Shown here: one piece after another, positions 9,423-20,210 of the stretch | How the letters are laid out: each line of letters begins with the position of its first letter | How positions within the stretch are numbered: the stretch's first letter is position 1 | The notes under the pieces: model-generated | The model's database searches: none | Told to the model about the DNA's origin: nothing | Seen by the model: only the letters and a program-made list of their open reading frames with translations | Source of the DNA: an uncultured Acidobacteriota bacterium | Lineage (GTDB): Bacteria; Acidobacteriota; UBA6911; RPQK01; JAPXNP01 | NCBI GenBank assembly: GCA_963777605.1 | Contig: CAVZRV010000011.1 | Location: forward strand, 1-64,000 | Direction: 5' to 3' | DNA length: 64,000 nt | Made by a program: the position numbers and the translations under genes

Positions 9423-9469
9423 TTGACCTGCAAACATTTTATTAGTAAACTAATGGTTAGTATGCTAAC
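9423..9469 (+). promoter_or_regulatory. sigma70 promoter and tandem MarR-type operators
   Basis: TTGACC-N17-TAAACT (9423-9451). Palindromes attagt-aa-actaat (9441-9454) and gttag-tatg-ctaac (9456-9469). Confidence 0.7.
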
Positions 9470-9902
9470 TAATATCTTCGACCCGAACGCGAGCATCGGT
9501 TTTCAGTGCTCGTTAACGTTCAGAGCTTTCAGTTCCGTACTGGAGCGAAAACTGAAAGGGACCGGCGTCAGCCGCGGACAGTTCGTCGCACTCGCCCATC
9601 TCATCGGACTGGGTCCCATGACTCAGTCGGAGCTGGCGTCGCGACTCGGAATAACCGCTGCCTCCACCGTAAGGCTGGTGGATCGGATGGAGCGGGACGG
9701 TTGGGTGGCTCGAGGCCAGGCTCCCGGGGACCGACGGGTGAAAGTAATCTCGGCGACTGACGAGGCGCTGGAGATTTGGGAGGATCTCTCGAAGCATGCC
9801 CGAAGCCTTCTCCAGCAAGCCTATCGAGGATTGCCCCCGGAAGAGATCGAATCAGCGATTCGCACGCTGACCCGAATCCGTCAAAACCTGGAGAGCGAAT
9901 GA
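9462..9902 (+). CDS. MarR family transcriptional regulator
   Basis: GPMTQSELASRLGITAASTVRLVDRMERDGWV...DRRVKVI winged HTH. Confidence 0.92.
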   Translation: MLTNIFDPNASIGFQCSLTFRAFSSVLERKLKGTGVSRGQFVALAHLIGLGPMTQSELASRLGITAASTVRLVDRMERDGWVARGQAPGDRRVKVISATDEALEIWEDLSKHARSLLQQAYRGLPPEEIESAIRTLTRIRQNLESE

Positions 9903-9953
9903 TTCCCGGAATCGATCGGGGAGAGGATCTCTGAGATTGATGAGGTGACCACA

Positions 9954-11127
9954 ATGACACAGAACTTGGAACGAACGGATCGCCGTGGCCGCCGGGACAG
10001 TGACAGTCCGCCGGCCCCGGCTCGAAAGCCCGTCGGCCATCACCGTTTTGCCCTACTGATTCGCGTGGCGCTTTCCGTTGCAACGATCGTGATCCTGATG
10101 CTCTGGATTCTCGGGGCATTCCGCCATGGAGTGATCCAGGCCGAGGTACGGCCGATCTCCAGGAGAACCTAATGTCAATCTCCCTACCGAAACGATCAGC
10201 CTGCGGACCTATCCGGTGAGCACTGAAGCGGTCGGTACGGTTCAGCCCGAAAAGATAGCTTCGGTAAGCGCCAGACTGGTTGCAAATATCGTCGAAATGC
10301 GCGTTTCGGCGGGGCAACGAGTCAACAGCGGAGACGTACTGGTCGTGCTGGACGATCGGGATCTCCAGCATCGGGTCGAACAGGCCCAGGATGCCGTACG
10401 GAGTGCGCAGGCGACTCTTGCCCAAGCCCAGTCCGACTACAACCGGGACAAGCCGCTCTTCGAACAGCAGGTGATCACGCCATACGATTTCGAGCGCACC
10501 CAGACCAATATGAGGACTGCGGAAGCGAACCTCCACCGACTCGAAGAAATGGAGAATGAAGCCCGGGTCAACCTGTCTTACTCCGTCATTCAAAGCCCCT
10601 TCACAGGGGTCGTAGTGGACAAACTGGCCGACGTCGGGGATCTGGCGGCACCCGGCAAGCCACTCCTCACCATGTATCAGCAGGGGCGACTGTGGCTCGA
10701 GGCGGCGATTCCGGAGGAGCAGGTGGGTCGAATCCACGTCAACGACACTCTGACCCTGCAAATCGATTCCCGAAATCGGCAACTGAACGGGCCGGTGGTC
10801 GAGGTGGTTCCTTCAGCCGATCCCTCGACGCGGACGGTCCTCGTTCGGGTCCGCTTGAGCCAAACCGGAGATCTACTTCCCGGGATGTTCGGGCGTCTGC
10901 TGATTCCCGCCGAATCCGAGGCACTGCTGACGGTGCCCAAGTCAGCACTGATTCGTGCCGGCCAACTCACGATGGTGGAAGTGGTCCGTGACGGGCACGT
11001 TGAGCGGCGTACCGTCGACATCGGACGCACACTGGAAAACCGCTATGAGGTCCTCAGCGGGTTGAAGGCGGGGGAGTCGGTGGTTCTTGAACCGGTTCCC
11101 CCAGCCGATTCAGCCGGGGTGAACTAG
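9954..11127 (+). CDS. RND efflux periplasmic adaptor (MFP), frameshift near 10155
   Basis: N-terminal TM in ORF 9945-10172. Lipoyl/hairpin motifs (GQRVNSGDVLVVLD, IQSPFTGVV, LLPGMFGR) in ORF 10216-11127. Confidence 0.85.
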
Positions 11128-11129
11128 CC

Positions 11130-14100
11130 ATGAGCGCCCACACGAATCCTTCACCATTGCGATCGTCCGCAAGTTCCTGGAATCGAACCTGTCGATCGTG
11201 TTCATCGTCGTTTCACTTGTGGCCGGCGTCGTGGCTTTGCTGGTGACTCCGCGGGAAGAAGAACCGCAGATCATCGTGGCCGCCGCCAACGTAATGGTCT
11301 CGTTTCCGGGTCACTCGGCGCAGGATGTGGAGCAGCTCGTTTCGACCCCTTTGGAAAAGATGATGTTCCAGATCCCCGGCGTTGAGTACGTCTATTCCCG
11401 CTCAATGCCCGGACAGAGCATCGTCACGGTGCGGTTCTACGTTGGACAGCCGCTGGAGACGAGCTACGTCAAAATCGTCCGGAAGCTCAACGAGAACCTG
11501 GACCGGGTCACGCCGGGTGTGGCAGGGTGGGTGGTCAAGCCGATCGATGTGGATGACGTTCCGATCGTCACGCTGACGCTCACAAGCGGTGCCCGGGACG
11601 ACTATCAGCTCCGGCGCATGGCGGACGAACTCGTCGATCGTCTGCAGGGAGTCGAGAACGTGGGAGCCGCCTACGTCGTGGGTGGCCGCCCGCGCGAGCT
11701 TCTGGTTCGCCCGTCGGCCGCTCGCATGGCCGCCTACCGAATATCGGCGCTAGACCTGGGCCGTGCCATTCAGGGATTCAATACCAGTGTTCTGGCGGGT
11801 TCCTTCGACCGCTACGACAAAGATGTGCGGGTACAGGCGGGCCGGTTTATTACCGATGCCCGAGACCTCGAAAACCTGGTCGTAGGTACATGGAACGGCC
11901 GCCCCGTTTACCTGGGGAATGTCGCCGAGGTCAAGGACGGCCCCGGTGAGTTCCTGGATTACGTGCGGTTTCATCGTGGGTCCGCTTGGGATCACCCAAA
12001 GGAGGACGGTGCTGCGGGCAGCCTGATCGGTGGCTCCGGCTCCTTTGCCGCTCGAGGGTCACAACCGGCCGTCACCGTGGCTTTGGCCAAGAAGCACGGC
12101 GCGAATAATGTGTGGGTTTCCGAGGACTTGCTCGCGCGGGTGCTCGAACTGAAGAAGGCGATCCTGCCAGCCGATGTGCAGGTGGTGGTCACTCGGAACT
12201 ATGGCGTGACGGCCGACGACAAGGTTAAGGAACTGGAGGCGGGCCTTTGGGTCGCGATCGTCGTGGTCATGGCGCTGCTCGCGATCGGGCTCGGCTATCG
12301 TCAGGCGCTGGTGGTTGCGATTGTGATCCCTTGTGTTTTCGGACTCACCCTGGCGGTCAACTATCTGCTCGGATTCTCGGTCAACCGAGTCACCCTGTTC
12401 GCTCTGACGGTGGCCCTTGGCCTTCTTGTGGACGATCCCATTGTCGATGTCGAGAACATCCATCGACACTTCAAGATGCGCGGACGGGCTACGGTAGACG
12501 TCGTACTCGAAGCAGTCAATGAAGTCCGACCCCCGCTCATCGCCGCAACCTTTGCCGTAATCCTGTCGTTTCTTCCCTTGCTCTTCGTCACCGAGATGAT
12601 GGGCCAATATCTGCGACCCATGGCCGCCAATGTCCCGGTAACCATGATCATGTCGCTGCTGGTTTCGTTCACGATCACGCCCTGGCTGGCTTACAAGGTG
12701 CTGCGTGGCCAAGCGGGTTCCGGAGCCGAGGGTTCCCAGGATGCTGAATCCTTCTCTGGTCCGAGGCGGTTGTTCAACGTGACTCTTCGGCCGCTGATCA
12801 GGCGGAGGGGCATAGGCCGGCTTTTTCTGATCCTTGTGATGGTGCTCTTTGTGGGTAGCGTCATGCTCGTTTTGACGCGGCGCGTGCGGGTCAAGCAACT
12901 TCCCTACGACAACAAGGACGAAATTCTGCTCGTACTCGACATGCCGGTTGGCACGACGCTGGAACGAACCGACGCGGCTGCACGCGACTTTGAGCGTTAT
13001 CTTGATTCGGTCCCGGAGGTCACGGACTTTGAAGCGTACGTGGGGACTGCGTCACCCGTCGATTTCAACGGAATGATGCGGCAGTACTTCCTCCGCCATG
13101 CTCCGAATCGGGCTGGTATCCGAATCAACCTGATCCACAAAACGGAACGGGCGGCCGCGAGCCATTCCATCGCGCTACGAATTCGTGGCGATCTCACCGC
13201 CATCGCCGAACGGGACGGAGTCAAGCTGAAGATCGTTGAACTCCCGGCCGGCCCTCCGACCAAGTCTACAGTTGTTGCCACTGTTTACGGCGGCCCGACC
13301 CAAACCTACGAGGATCTCATCAAGGCTGCATCCTTCGTCGAGGACCGTCTTCGACGGGAGCCCGGCGTGGTCGATGTCGACGACAGTGTCGATGAAGACC
13401 AGACGAAATACGTTTTCGAGGTGGACCGGCAGAAAGCAGCATTGAACGGTATAACCGTGGACGAGATATCGCGTACGCTTAAATTGGCGCTCGGCGGACA
13501 GGCTGTCGGCGCCGCCCAAATCCCCTTCGAGCGTGCCCCGGTTCGAATCGTGCTGTGGTTTCCGCGCGCCGAGCGTTCAAGCAGAATTGACCTGGCGCGG
13601 ATTTACGTGAAGGGCACGGGCGCAAGACCGGTGCCCCTGTCGGAGTTGGGCTCGTGGCGCACGACGATCGAGGACAAAACGATCTATCACCGGCAACTCG
13701 ACCGCGTGGTTTACGTGCTTGGGGAAATGGCCGGACGGCCTCCGGTAGAAACCATACTCGACATCCGGGCCGACCAGGTGCACGGGCGGACCCAGGGCTT
13801 TGTGGAGACATCGGCGGGGCCCCGGCCCTTAGACGGGCGGACGATGTTTCACCAGGGCGGCGGCATCCCCTGGGGGGTACCGAGCGGAATCGACGTCAGG
13901 TGGTGGGATGAGGGCGAAATGTACATCACTCTCCACCTGTTTCGCGATCTTGCGATTGCGATGTTGGTGGCTCTTCTTGCCATTTACATCATTCTGATGA
14001 ACCAGACCGGATCCTACCGATTGCCGCTGACCATCATGAGGGCCATTCCGCTGATGGTCATCGGAGTAATGCCGGGCTTTTGGCTCCTGAACCAGTTCGG

Positions 14101-14527
14101 TCAACGCTCGATCGGCGGGTTCATGAACCCTGTTTTCTTCTCCGGCCCCGCATTTATCGGGATGATTGCCCTGGCGGGAATCGTGACCCGGAACTCGATC
14201 ATTATCGTGGACTTCATCCACCTGGGCCTGGTACGAGGCCTGTCGCTCGAAGAGGCGATACTGGAAAGTGTTTCGGTTCGACTGCGCCCGATCCTGCTCA
14301 CCTCCGGCGCCGCCGTGCTCGGCGCCCTTCCGATCACCCAGGATACGGTGTTCGGCGGGATGGCATGGTCCCTCATCTTCGGGCTCATCGTTTCCACGCT
14401 GTTCTCGTTGTTCGTGATTCCAGTGACCTACAACGTTGTTTATGCGAGAAAACCCGATCACGGTCTACCCGAGCACATTCGAAGGAAGCTCGCCGCCGGT
14501 TTGCGACAGGAGCCGGCTGCATCGTGA
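11130..14527 (+). CDS. RND efflux transporter permease subunit (frameshift near the start)
   Basis: TPREEEPQI, NRVTLFAL..LGLLVDDPIVDVENI, RLRPILLT; ~1,130 aa. The ATG at 11130 is out of frame with the body by one base. Confidence 0.9.
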
Positions 14528-14558
14528 GCCGGGATTGTAAATAGGACGAGAAAACGCA

Positions 14559-15943
14559 ATGGCACGCTTACTGAGACTCTCCATCGCGGTCGCGCTCTGT
14601 TCCTTTCAGATGGTGGCAGCGCAGCAACCCGAAACTCGCGGAATGACGCTGCCACAGGTCGTGGGTTATGCACTCGAGCACTCTCCCGATCTGCAGTCCG
14701 CTCAGGCGGAGGTCCGGCGTCGGGAAGGAGAGGTCACCGTCGCTCATGCCGGTCTCAGACCGCAAGTGGACCTGTCGGCCGACGCGGCGCAGTCGCGGTT
14801 CGAGCATGGCTATCCTGCCGGCACACCCCCGACACTGATGCGCTTCGACCAGACCCTCTACACCGCTGCCGCCGACCTGGAATTTCTGGTCTGGGACTTT
14901 CACGCCACGGAACTCGAACTCGAATCGGCGCGCGAACGCGTGGCCGCCGCAAGTGCCACGGTGGAACGTCGTCGTCAGGAAATCATCTTCGCAGCCGCTC
15001 GGCTCTTTCTACAGTCCCAAACCTATTCGGACCTGATCGGAGCCGCCGAATCCAGGAGGAAAAGCCTGCAGGCGCTACTCGAACGGACCAATCGGCTCAT
15101 TGAGGGCGGACGAGCCGTGCCCGTTGACGCTCTAAAGATCCGGACCCGGCTCGCACAACTGGAAAGCGACCTGGCCACGCTGCGCTCCGGTCAAAGAACT
15201 TCGCTGAGTGCCCTGGCCGAGGTGATGGGATTTGAAGACGGCGTGCCGATGCTGGTCTACGCTCCGGCTACCCCTCAGCCGTCGGCGGAAAACCGGCCCG
15301 AAGACGAATTACTTCGCGACGCGGAGTCCACCAGGCCGGAACTTGCCGCACAGGATCACACGATCCGGGCCGGCGAACGAGCCGAAGAAGCGGCCCATAG
15401 GTCCGCCCTTCCTCGGATCGAATTGAGGGCGGCCTTGATCCAGTACGGTTCCCTCACGCCAGTCGGGTTCCCGGAGTTGATCGGGAGGCTGTCGCCGGCA
15501 TTCCCCGCAAATGCCCCTTCTCCGGGCAATCCGCCACCGACTGGAGCATCGGAATCCATCTTTCGGTTCCCCTTTTCGACGGCGGCAGGCGCAAGGGTCA
15601 GATCGAGACCGCACAGGCGAAGTTGGAGGAGGAGCAGTTGGAGCGCCACCGCCTTGAACTGAAGATCGCCCGCGAGGTGCGAACGGCAATCGCGGATCTC
15701 GAAAGTGCCGAAAGCCGCGTGCGGGCATTGCGCGACTCAGTGGCCGAAAGCGAGCGCGTCCTCCACGACGAGCGGCTGAAATTTGAGGCGGGAAGAACCG
15801 TGATCGACTTCGTGCTCGACGCCGAGTCGGCACTGTTGACCAATCAGTCACTAGTGTCTCAGGCACAGAGATCGGTTGCGATTGCCGATCTTGCACTCGA
15901 CTTGAGCACCGGAAAGATTGCTGCCGGCCGGCTTCCGCAGTGA
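14559..15943 (+). CDS. TolC family outer membrane efflux protein (frameshift near 15535)
   Basis: Signal peptide, ALEHSPDL; second frame continues ...[10 protein letters not shown]...[16 protein letters not shown]. Confidence 0.85.
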
Positions 15944-16014
15944 TTCAAATGAAAACTAGAAACACCGTCCTCAACAACTATTTCTGCAACGACATGGACA
16001 AAGGAGTCCGCACC

Positions 16015-16623
16015 ATGAGCGATCTCAAAGCACTGTTCGAACTCGGGATGGCGTTTCACGGGCACAAATGCCCGGCCATGCCGATGGGGTTACGGGCCGG
16101 ATTGGCGGCGATGGAGTCCCTCGGCGTATCCCGGGCACAGGACAAGGAGCTGTTCGTCGTCTCTGAAACTGGAAGAGGACACGCGGCGGGATGCTTTCTG
16201 GACGGAATCATGACCGCAACCGGCTGTACCTATGGAAAATCGAACATCGAGAAGCGCTACTGGAACAAGATGGCCTTCACGTTGATCGATCAACAGAGTG
16301 GTCGGGCCGTGCGTGTCTCACTGAAGCCGGAATTCTTCGAGAAGGCACTGGCCTCACCGTTCGTCCAGAAGCGCAAGGCGGGAATCCCGCCCCAGAAGAT
16401 CGAGCCGGAGATCGCCGATCCGCTTGTCGAGCGAATCCTCAATTTAGACGAAGCCGACTTCCTCGACATCGGTGCCGAGCATCAGGTGGACATCCCCAAG
16501 GGGAAGGCAAGTTTCACCGCGAAGCCCTGTGCCGCCTGCGGCGAGCTGACTTTCGTGAACAAGCTGCGCCTTACCGAAGACGGTCAACTGGTCTGCATTC
16601 CCTGTTCCGGGTACCCGGACTGA
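16015..16623 (+). CDS. FmdE (formylmethanofuran dehydrogenase subunit E) family metal-binding protein
   Basis: [29 protein letters not shown]-terminal CAACGE...CIPC zinc finger; aaggag RBS. Confidence 0.85.
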   Translation: MSDLKALFELGMAFHGHKCPAMPMGLRAGLAAMESLGVSRAQDKELFVVSETGRGHAAGCFLDGIMTATGCTYGKSNIEKRYWNKMAFTLIDQQSGRAVRVSLKPEFFEKALASPFVQKRKAGIPPQKIEPEIADPLVERILNLDEADFLDIGAEHQVDIPKGKASFTAKPCAACGELTFVNKLRLTEDGQLVCIPCSGYPD

Positions 16624-16694
16624 GCCCCGCGACGGCGGGATAACGCGTCCCACCGTCAGCTTGACGACTCACTGCGACCTGAAGGAGCAATGAA

Positions 16695-17495
16695 ATGCCC
16701 GTCGAAACGCTGGTGCTGCTGTTCTTCCTGTTCCTGATCGCCTCGGCCCTTTTCTCCACGTTCGGCCAGGGCGGCGGGGCTTTTTACGTTCCGATGCTGC
16801 TGGCGCTTTCGGTGCCGATTTACGTCGCGGCGACGACCAGCCAGGTTCTGATCGTGGTCGTCTCCTTGTCGTCCATGCTGGTCTTCGCCAAGGCCAGAAC
16901 GGTGGACTGGAAACTCGTTCTGTTGATTGAGCCCCCCACCAACGTCGGCGCGTTCCTGGGCGGTTACTTGTCTCTGTACATCCCGCCCGCCTTTGCCAAG
17001 GGCTGCTTCGCAGCCGTGCTTCTGGTGGGTGCCTGGTACATGTCCAATCCGCCGCGAAGGGTTGCTGAAAGAGATTCCGAACCAGAGCATTGGTGGTTGT
17101 GGCATCGAACCGGGGTTTCACAGCCGTACATCATCAACATCTTCGCTATGGTTCCCCTGATGCTCGCGGCCGGATTCGTGGCCGGGATGCTGGGAGTCGG
17201 CGGCGGCCTCATCAAGGTTCCGGCGGTGGTCGTGCTGGGCGGAGTGCCGATGAGCATCGCGGTCGGCAGTTCTTCGCTCATGATCGGAGTGACGGCCTTG
17301 ACGGGCTTTTTGGGCCACGTGCTGCGCGGTCACTTCGACTGGTTGCTCACGGTCGTTTTGGCGGGCGGTGTCCTAATCGGTTCCCAAGCCGGTCCGCGCT
17401 TCGCCGTCAAGACCGACCAGGCGAAACTGAAGAAGTACTTCGCCCTCTTGTTGGTTGCGATCGCGATTTGGCTGATCTACGGGACCGTTCACTAA
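16695..17495 (+). CDS. TauE/SafE family sulfite/sulfur-compound exporter
   Basis: GQGGGAFYVP and GMLGVGGGLIKVP repeats, AVGSSSLMI; ~8 TM. Confidence 0.88.
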   Translation: MPVETLVLLFFLFLIASALFSTFGQGGGAFYVPMLLALSVPIYVAATTSQVLIVVVSLSSMLVFAKARTVDWKLVLLIEPPTNVGAFLGGYLSLYIPPAFAKGCFAAVLLVGAWYMSNPPRRVAERDSEPEHWWLWHRTGVSQPYIINIFAMVPLMLAAGFVAGMLGVGGGLIKVPAVVVLGGVPMSIAVGSSSLMIGVTALTGFLGHVLRGHFDWLLTVVLAGGVLIGSQAGPRFAVKTDQAKLKKYFALLLVAIAIWLIYGTVH

Positions 17496-17837
17496 TCCAG
17501 GAATCGGTCGCATGCAGAGCAGCCACAGACGCCGGTGTTGCTCTAAAAATCAAATCAGCAAATTCGGATGTAAATAGACTCCCGCAGTCATTTTCGTTCT
17601 GCGGCGACTCCCATTTGCCTCTCGTGGCGCCGACCAGTGCCCGAACTGCGTTTGGGCCATCTGTCAAGTCTCGGGCCCCTCCCTTGTCGTTCCCCCTTCG
17701 CCTCTCAACAGAAACGCCGAATCTGTCTCATTGATGCGGCAGCGCCAAAGCCGAAGGCAACTGCCGACCTTGCCTGCCTGACCAATTGACCGAACGGGTG
17801 AGAGCCTGTACATTCGCTCATTCCCCCAGGGATCAAC

Positions 17838-19883
17838 ATGACCGGATTTGGCGCACGCAGATGGGGTCCAATCATAATGGCGGCATTGGTCAGCTTCGCT
17901 GGACCACGTGCGGATGGTTCCCTTAATCGCAGCGCGGCCCCCCAAAAGGTGCAAAAACCTCCTGTAATCGACGGGCGCCTGGATGATGATGTCTGGAAAG
18001 AGGCCCCTGTACTCAGTGACTTCATCCAGTTTGAGCCGGACAAGGGAGCACCGGCCACTGTCCGGACTGAGGTGCGCGTTCTTTATGACGACACTCATAT
18101 CTATTTCGGATTCAAATGCTGGGATCCGGATCCTGACAGGATCGTACTGGGCACCGGGCGTGATGGTTTGAGAATGGGCACGGACAGTGTGGATGTCCTG
18201 GTGGACACATTCCACGACATGCGAACCGGCTACTACTTCCGTACGAATCCTCTCGGTGTCCAGCATGACGGACTCGTTTCGGACAACGGGCGGGTAGCGG
18301 ATACGGCCTGGGACGGAGTCTGGCAGTCGGAAGGCGCCTGGATACCGGAAGGATGGAGCGCGGAGATGGCGATTCCCCTGTCAACGGTCAAGTACCGGAC
18401 CGGAGAAGATCAGACCTGGGGCTTCCAGACCAGCCGCTACCTGCCTCGCAACCTCGAGAAGAGTTTCTGGACCGGGCCGCTTGAAGACTACAGAAAGATG
18501 GATGGAAACGGGACCTTGACGGGTCTCGATCTGTTTGCTCCTTCCCGGAGGCTGGAGGTGATCCCCCACGTCCTCACCCAGTTCGAGAAAGGAGGCGAAA
18601 CACAGGTCGAAACAGGGCTGGACGCCCGCTATGATTTCACCTCCTCACTTTCGGGCCACCTGACCGTCAACCCGGACTTTGCCACGGTGGAAGCCGACGA
18701 CGAACAGGTGAACCTGACCCGTTTCGAGTTGGGCCTGCCGGAAAAGCGTCAATTCTTCATGGAGGGCGGTGCCGCCTTCTCCCAGCGCATCCAGCTTTTC
18801 TATTCTCGCCGCATCTCAGATATCTTCGGCGGAACGAAGCTATACGGCAAACTCGGGAACAACGAGATTTCCACGATAATCGTCCAGAGTAAGGAGGATG
18901 AATACGGCCTGGATTCCGCCAATTACAGCGTGTTTCGGATCAAGCGGGACGTCTTGAGCAGCTCTTCGATCGGATTCCTGACGGCCAACCGCGTGGTCAA
19001 TGGACGCGCACAGGGAACGGCGGGGCTGGACGCCGCACTCTTCTTCTCGGAAACATTCAATCTGACCGGGCAATTCGCCGTCGGGTATGGAGAAGCCGGT
19101 AAGACGGACACCGCCTTCTTTATCCGACCCAGCCATGACACGTCTACTTTCCACATCCATCTCAGATTCACTCACCTGGGTGAGTACTTTGGCGACAATG
19201 TCAATGCGGTGGGATACATCCGGGACGATAACCGAAACGAGCTGGACTCCGCGATATCCAAGACCTTCTGGACCAATGGCTCTTTCCTGGACAAGATCGA
19301 CTATACGTCGAACTACAACATCTACTGGGGTATGGACAAGGCACTTCGCTCCTGGGATGCGTGGAATGCCCTGAGTTTCGACCTCAGGAACAAATTCAGT
19401 TTCGAGGTTCGCCATGAAGAGGAATTCAAACTGTTTGAAAAAGAGTTCCGCAATCGCCAGACGACCCTCGAATCCGGCTACAACACCCGCGAATGGCAGT
19501 CCGCCGCAGTCAACTGGACTTTCGGGCGCAATTTCGATTCAGACTTCACCTTGATCGGAGCAGAACTGCGACGCAAACTGTCGGAGAATCTTTCCCTCGA
19601 GTACGGACTGTCCAGGTTGACGCTCGATCCGGACCCCGATCTCGACAGCACGTGGATTCACTCGTTTCGGGCCACCCAGTACTTTGAAAAGGATCTCTAC
19701 TTCAAGTTCTTTTACCAGACCAACTCCGCAATCGACAAACGGAATCTCCAGGCTGTATTCGCCTGGCGTTTTCAGCCTCCTTTCGGCCTGATTCAACTGG
19801 CCTATCAGAAGGGATCCTCCAGATTTGGAGAGCGTGGAGACCAGGGCGATATCCTCTTCATCAAGCTGGCCCTTGTGTTATGA
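17838..19883 (+). CDS. DUF5916-type outer-membrane protein with N-terminal CBM9-like domain
   Basis: PPVIDGRLDDDVW, YYFRTNPLGVQHDG, GWSAEMAIP, TVNPDFATVEAD..NLTRFELGLPEKRQFF. Confidence 0.8.
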   Translation: MTGFGARRWGPIIMAALVSFAGPRADGSLNRSAAPQKVQKPPVIDGRLDDDVWKEAPVLSDFIQFEPDKGAPATVRTEVRVLYDDTHIYFGFKCWDPDPDRIVLGTGRDGLRMGTDSVDVLVDTFHDMRTGYYFRTNPLGVQHDGLVSDNGRVADTAWDGVWQSEGAWIPEGWSAEMAIPLSTVKYRTGEDQTWGFQTSRYLPRNLEKSFWTGPLEDYRKMDGNGTLTGLDLFAPSRRLEVIPHVLTQFEKGGETQVETGLDARYDFTSSLSGHLTVNPDFATVEADDEQVNLTRFELGLPEKRQFFMEGGAAFSQRIQLFYSRRISDIFGGTKLYGKLGNNEISTIIVQSKEDEYGLDSANYSVFRIKRDVLSSSSIGFLTANRVVNGRAQGTAGLDAALFFSETFNLTGQFAVGYGEAGKTDTAFFIRPSHDTSTFHIHLRFTHLGEYFGDNVNAVGYIRDDNRNELDSAISKTFWTNGSFLDKIDYTSNYNIYWGMDKALRSWDAWNALSFDLRNKFSFEVRHEEEFKLFEKEFRNRQTTLESGYNTREWQSAAVNWTFGRNFDSDFTLIGAELRRKLSENLSLEYGLSRLTLDPDPDLDSTWIHSFRATQYFEKDLYFKFFYQTNSAIDKRNLQAVFAWRFQPPFGLIQLAYQKGSSRFGERGDQGDILFIKLALVL

Positions 19884-19974
19884 GGAGCTGGATCCGGGAC
19901 CTCGTTCAAAAACCGACAAATGATCAGCGTCCGATCGATTCACCGATCCGACGCTTCTGCAAAGGCCATAGCAG

Positions 19975-20070
19975 CAGTCTTGACGAAGAGATCCACGCTG
20001 CTCCCACCGGGGCCGCCCCACCATGCATAGGCCACCCTTTCGCTGTCGGGTGAGAAGCGCGGGGCGGACT
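19975..20070 (-). pseudogene. PD40/TolB-like beta-propeller gene remnant
   Basis: FSPDSERVAYAWWGGPGGSSVDLFVK resembles one PD40 repeat; isolated fragment at the island edge. Confidence 0.45.
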
Positions 20071-20109
20071 TGCGTCCACCCTGCGTAGGGAGCCACCCGC
20101 CTGGGCGGG

Positions 20110-20131
20110 CGAATCCGCTCGCCGCCTCCAA
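20110..20131 (+). mobile_element. att site: second direct repeat of the tRNA-Cys 3' end
   Basis: 22/22 identity to 1936-1957. Followed by aactcttgaaaatca, compared with aactgttgaaaatca after the first copy. Confidence 0.8.
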
Positions 20132-20210
20132 GCAACTGCCTGAACTCTTGAAAATCAGCCGCCTTGGGAATTGCCGAAACCGCCGGTGACACTCGGGCCG
20201 CTTCCAGCGA

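Larger units (their letters stand above)
1936..20131. mobile_element. Genomic island (~18.2 kb) bounded by 22-bp direct repeats of the tRNA-Cys 3' end
   Basis: Identical cgaatccgctcgccgcctccaa at 1936-1957 and 20110-20131. Contains a TA pair, an integrase remnant and resistance/efflux cargo. Confidence 0.75.

Noticed and set aside
16015-16623. Evidence of methanogenesis or a formylmethanofuran dehydrogenase complex
   Set aside because: FmdE-like proteins are widespread in bacteria, and no other fmd/fwd subunits are present.
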